Assembly: GCA_964016885.1 (NCBI GenBank) | Contig: OZ024742.1 | Location: 97,774,001 to 97,838,000, forward strand | Origin: Eledone cirrhosa | Lineage: Eukaryota | Reading direction: 5' to 3' | DNA length: 64,000 nucleotides | Part shown: positions 58,966 through 64,000 of the stretch, piece after piece | How positions within the stretch are numbered: the stretch's first letter is position 1 | Layout of the letters: each line of letters starts with the position of its first letter | Program-made: the position numbers and the translations under genes | The notes under the pieces: generated by a model | The model's input: the letters and a program-made list of their open reading frames with translations, nothing else | Told to the model about the DNA's origin: nothing | Databases searched by the model: none

Positions 58966-61479
58966 CACTTCTGTGTACATATTTGAATTTTTCACTACAT
59001 CTATATATTTTTCGCTTATATTTATATCTTTCTCTTGCTCACATACATAAATATATTTTTTTTACTTCTGTATGTTTATATATTTTTCCCATATATATTT
59101 ACATATTTTTACTTCTCTATATTTATAGGCTTTTGTTCATATACATATATATATTTAATAATTTTGTCTGTATGTATATTTTCAATCGCTTCTTTCATTT
59201 CTAACAGATAATGTGTATGTAAAGTTTACCATCTGTGTTTAAGTGTATGTATGTTTGTGTATGTATGAAACAAGTTGTAAAATATACAATTAACATCATG
59301 TACATAACATTTATGAATTATAAAGGCAACAAAAATTGAATGTAATGGCATACATATGTGAGTATGTGTATGAAATACCTAATATATAATTAAACTCTAC
59401 ATATATAATATATCAAATAAAAAGGCAACAACATTGAATATAACAGCATAGATGTATATGTGTTTAAAATGGCTAATAACCAAATAATAACTAAACTCTT
59501 CCATGGTGCGCTTGTTTTAAGTTTTGACAACATATTGTAAGAATAGGAGCAATGTCAGATGCTAAACATGCATAAACAAAGAAATGTTTGATTTCATTCA
59601 ATTTTTGATTTGAGTTCAAATATCAAATTTTTAAAGGTATATTTCTCTCCCTACACACCATCCTAAATCAATATCTTTCACTTTTGCTTTCAAAAAATAT
59701 TCATTGAATTGAAATAAAATGAAATGAAATTTAATTTTAAATTAAATACATCATCAGTTTGGGTGTGGTGGTGTGGGATGGCTACCTGTGAATTGAATGG
59801 CAAATACATGTTTATAGTTAAGAAAAAAAGGCTTAACCTTATTATTAGCATATTTCAAGTGAAAGACATAGCCTATGATTTTCAATTAATTTTAAAAGTA
59901 ATCAAGCAGTTGTAGGGATTTAATAATAACAGAGACTTTATTATTATTTTGCTGGTGTTTGGAATATAACTTAACAATATTTTTTACATAAAATTATGAT
60001 GGAAAGTTTTTGGATAAATATAAACACTTAACCTTTTCATTACTGTGTTTCTAGTGAATGATGTCCTATGAATATCAATTAATTCTGAAAATAATCATGA
60101 ATTTAGAGGGATTTCATAAAATAAACTTTCTCATTAATAAAATGGTGTTTGGAACATAATACAAAGTTTCTTACATAAGATTATAATGGATGTTTATTTT
60201 TTTTAGATAAAGATAAACACTTTAAAATAAACAGTTTTGTATCATAGAAGCAGAATGGTTTCAGGCAGTTTGAAATCAAAACAGGTAAATGATATAGATA
60301 TAGAAGTGTGAGGATAATTACATAACAAAATGAATTTCATTGATGACAATGAGTTTGTGGTAATTACGCTTCTTTTTAGCCTACTTATTCCTAGGAGTGT
60401 CACGAGGAAATAGTACTCATGTACGCCTTCCAGCAGGTCCTGTTAAAAGCAACCAACTCCAATTGTAATTACATTTTATTCTATTCCTTGATATCCACCT
60501 TCTTCACTTTGTTGAATGGTGTATGTACCTTATCATCCTCAGGTGAATCTGAAAGGTTAGTAGCTTTGATTAAGTACTGATATAGTCCTCGATGTCTCAT
60601 CCAACACTTCCTAGCAGGACAAATATTTTTTAATAATGATATGAAACGAAAAAATGTTATTTTTCTCTATGAATATGTCAGAGATTTGCTAGAATATTTT
60701 GAGAATGTTAAATTTCTTAATATTTTATTGGTGACATTCACTCAAGACATACGATACAGACTATAGTCTATTTCATGCTAGTATATTTTGAATGAGTGTC
60801 AATAATGAAAGTTTAAGAAATCTTGAAACAGAGCTATCTGACATTCTCAGAAGATACTGGCAACTCAATGATATATAAATAGAGGAAAATATAGAAAAAT
60901 ATAAATTTTTCTTCAGTAATGAGTCTCCCTATATGTTTATTGTATATAACTGTGTAATATATGTTTATATATACGCCACCATTATGCTTAAATGCTGCCT
61001 TAGTGCTTTCACCAATTATATATATATTAATTTTATTAAGGCTAAATATTGAGACTTGTTACTCTAGCGTTTAACCTGTTTATGAAGACCCTGAGATAAA
61101 CAGGCGGAACTGCAGAGTAAGAAGATTCACTATTTAACCTTAATAAAATGAACTTTAAAAGTCTACTTCGGTTTGAGTACTTTTTCTCTCAGCCATTCAC
61201 CACATACAGATATATAGAAGTATATGAGTACAGTATCACTGATTAAGTAATCACTTCAAACAGCCAATGCATTCTAGCAGGAGAAAATGGACTTAAAACA
61301 ATGATGATGACATTAATATTGAGTATGCAGTCTTTTGATTGTAATAGTTGTATACAATTACATCAACAATATATGAGAGGGGGGGGGGGGTAGAGGAAGA
61401 GGGAGAATAAAAGAAAAGGAGAGAGAAGAAAGGGAGAGACAAATAGATATATATATATAGAGAGAGAGATAGATATATT

Positions 61480-62098
61480 TCTTTATTAGCCACAGGGGCA
61501 CAAAAGAAGGGGACAAATACAAAGGGGGAAGTTTACATACAATAAAAACGTGTAAAATGTTATCACAGATGGAATTTAAAAGTTAGTCGATTTTCCCCAA
61601 TAGAGGGAGACAGTTTATATGGGTAACACAGACCCCCGAAAAAAATGTGCAACCCTCATCTCCAGGAGTACGAAGAGCTTGTACTCCTTTCCTCTCCTCC
61701 TCCTTTTCCTCAACCTACAGGCTGATATAGAGAGAAGGCCCATTCACTCGGGCCATTCTCGCCACTTTCACCCACCTTTCATAAAACTTGCTGGGGTACA
61801 GCACCTCTCTCTCCATCCTGATTCTTCTTCCAAAGTGGTATTTGAAAAAAAGAATCAGTTGTTGGCCGGAGAGAAAGGTGTCTGACCTCAGCCCTTTCAA
61901 CCTTGTCCACCATACAACCTCTTTCGCCATAGCTATCACACAAAGGAAAACCGCCTCTCCTTCGTTTTTGAAGGAGGGTGGCGGTTTGATCATGACAATG
62001 GACTCGGTGGTCAACTGGATTGGTCCCACCCGCGACAATAGTCGTTCTACATAGCCCCACAGGTCAGTGACGCCCGGGCAGTGTATGAATGCGTGCAT
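61480..62098 (-). mobile_element. L1/Tx1-group LINE 3' end
   Basis: HAFIHCP..LW..AK..VWWTR, typical of the ORF2 C-terminus; AATAAA near the end; flanked by (GATA)/(GA) repeats. Confidence 0.7.
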
Positions 62099-63017
62099 AG
62101 ATAGATAGATAGAGAGAGGAAGAGAGAAAGATAGAAAGAGAGGAAAAGAGAAAGTGAGCAGAAAAATTACTTTATCTTTTTAACACTTAATGTCCTGTAT
62201 CACATGAATTCACATTAGCACGACAATCTTAAAAAGTACAAGACAGCACTATGACTACATGACATTAAAAATTAAAGTATTTAGTTTAGTTTGCTGTAAA
62301 TGTTGAACATTTAAATTAACAAACCTGTTTTGTTATTTTAGATATTAAGAGGTAAATACTACTACTACTACTACTACTACTACTACCATCACCACCTTTG
62401 TTTGCATTTGTGGCATATTTTGTACCTAAGTATTATAGTGGCTGTAGGATGACAACAAGAACTGGAGATAGGCATTGTTTCTGATGTCCCAGGGACATCC
62501 TGGTTTGTATTTAGAGGCCTAGCATGAATCATTCCAAATGCTTTCTCTTCCAGGTTTGTTGGGTAGTTGATCATAATAGTAAAGAAGCCTGTCACATATA
62601 TTCCATGCATGCATGGCAGTCAAGCTTAAACAGTTTTGGTTAATGTTTAAGCTTGATGGCTGGACTTACATGTAATGAATAATATCTACATTTTACATTC
62701 ATTAAAGTGTTTAATACTAAGTAGAATAATGGTTATACTAGTCACTTAACTAGTAATGCCTGATTCATATATGTATGTGAAACATCAACAAGGAAAAACA
62801 ACATGAGAGAATAAATTATAATAATGATGATTATTAGTAGTATAACACTTCATATAGTAGGAAGAGTCTTAATGTTTTAGCTTCTTTAGCTTCTTTGAAA
62901 GATTGAATGAGAGTCAGAAGAAATAGTAAGATAGATGAGAATAGGAAAAGAAAGAGGAAACTTTCTTTTTCAGGAGGAACATAATATATAAATACATACA
63001 TGCACACAAACACACAC

Positions 63018-63098
<81 letters not shown>

Positions 63099-63164
63099 AA
63101 AACATACACACACATATATATAATCATATAGATATACATACACATATATATATATACATATTTA

Positions 63165-63449
63165 TTTAAAGGTTAAACAAGGTTCAATGAATAAATCAAA
63201 GAATGAGTTTTACAATAGATTGGAAGCACTCAACAGCTATGGTTTTCCGGAGGTATTAATATTAATTCAAAATATTAACAAAAATACTACCATGACTGAA
63301 TCTTAACCATCTACTAAGTCAGGGTATGTCATGCATCATCTTATTTTATCTGATGAGGACGTACTGTTGAAGATAGCTCAGAACCTCTCAAATATGTATA
63401 ATAAAATATACTTGATCACACGAATGTCTATTTTTGTTAATATTTTTAA

Positions 63450-63455
<6 letters not shown>
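63165..63455 (+). mobile_element. PLE-like terminus with damaged HHR (63342-63410)
   Basis: tattttat-CTGATGA-GGACGTAC..aaatatgt-ATA-ataaaata; homologous to 34675-35088. Confidence 0.7.
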
Positions 63456-63504
<49 letters not shown>

Positions 63505-63597
63505 TATACATTATATATATAAAAGGTATATATTGAGTTAGAAACTCAAGATTGTCTCTCACAAGCTCAAGGAAAGAGATTTTTCTGAGCCGTAAAT

Positions 63598-63759
63598 TAT
63601 AATTGAATATAAAAGAGAAATAAACACAGATATATAGACATATATGTTCAAATTGTAAGGGACCAAGATCGCTAGGATGAAAATATACTAACTATAACCT
63701 TACGATCTGAACACATATGTCTATATATCTGTGTTTATTTCTCTTTTATGTTCAATTAC

Positions 63760-63760
<1 letters not shown>
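63598..63760. repeat. Foldback element with ~62 bp arms
   Basis: 63598-63660 is reverse-complementary to 63698-63760. Confidence 0.75.
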
Positions 63761-63818
<58 letters not shown>

Positions 63819-64000
63819 ATGTAATGAAGAGGAAATGGTGTATATATTTTATCAAATGATTCTATGGACATAATTTATAGTATATTGCTCTGATTATTTA
63901 ATTTTATTTATTAATTCATCATTGAGCCACATCGTGGGTGGTTACCGAAAACAAATATATCTATGACTTTGTCTGGTTTGTGTATGTGTAAATCTTTATA

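Overview
This is AT-rich animal DNA made almost entirely of repeats. The RTE LINEs, SINE families and huge (TA)n tracts suggest a cephalopod or other mollusc (inference). No host protein-coding gene is recognisable, and the YIYI... ORFs are microsatellite artefacts. The window holds decayed RTE, CR1 and L1/Tx1 LINEs, a deleted mariner, non-autonomous Helitrons, tRNA-derived SINEs, and Penelope-like elements (PLEs: RT plus C-terminal GIY-YIG) inserted into (TA)n. The most notable layer is RNA structure: at least six families of hammerhead-ribozyme (HHR) motifs sit in PLE termini and in non-coding, retrozyme-like repeats. One motif, shared by two diverged non-coding families, has its hammerhead core pieces in a non-standard, pseudoknotted order, with four helices supported by compensatory changes between copies. 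Two other families carry variant catalytic cores. All structures were folded by eye; none has been computed or tested, and element boundaries are approximate.
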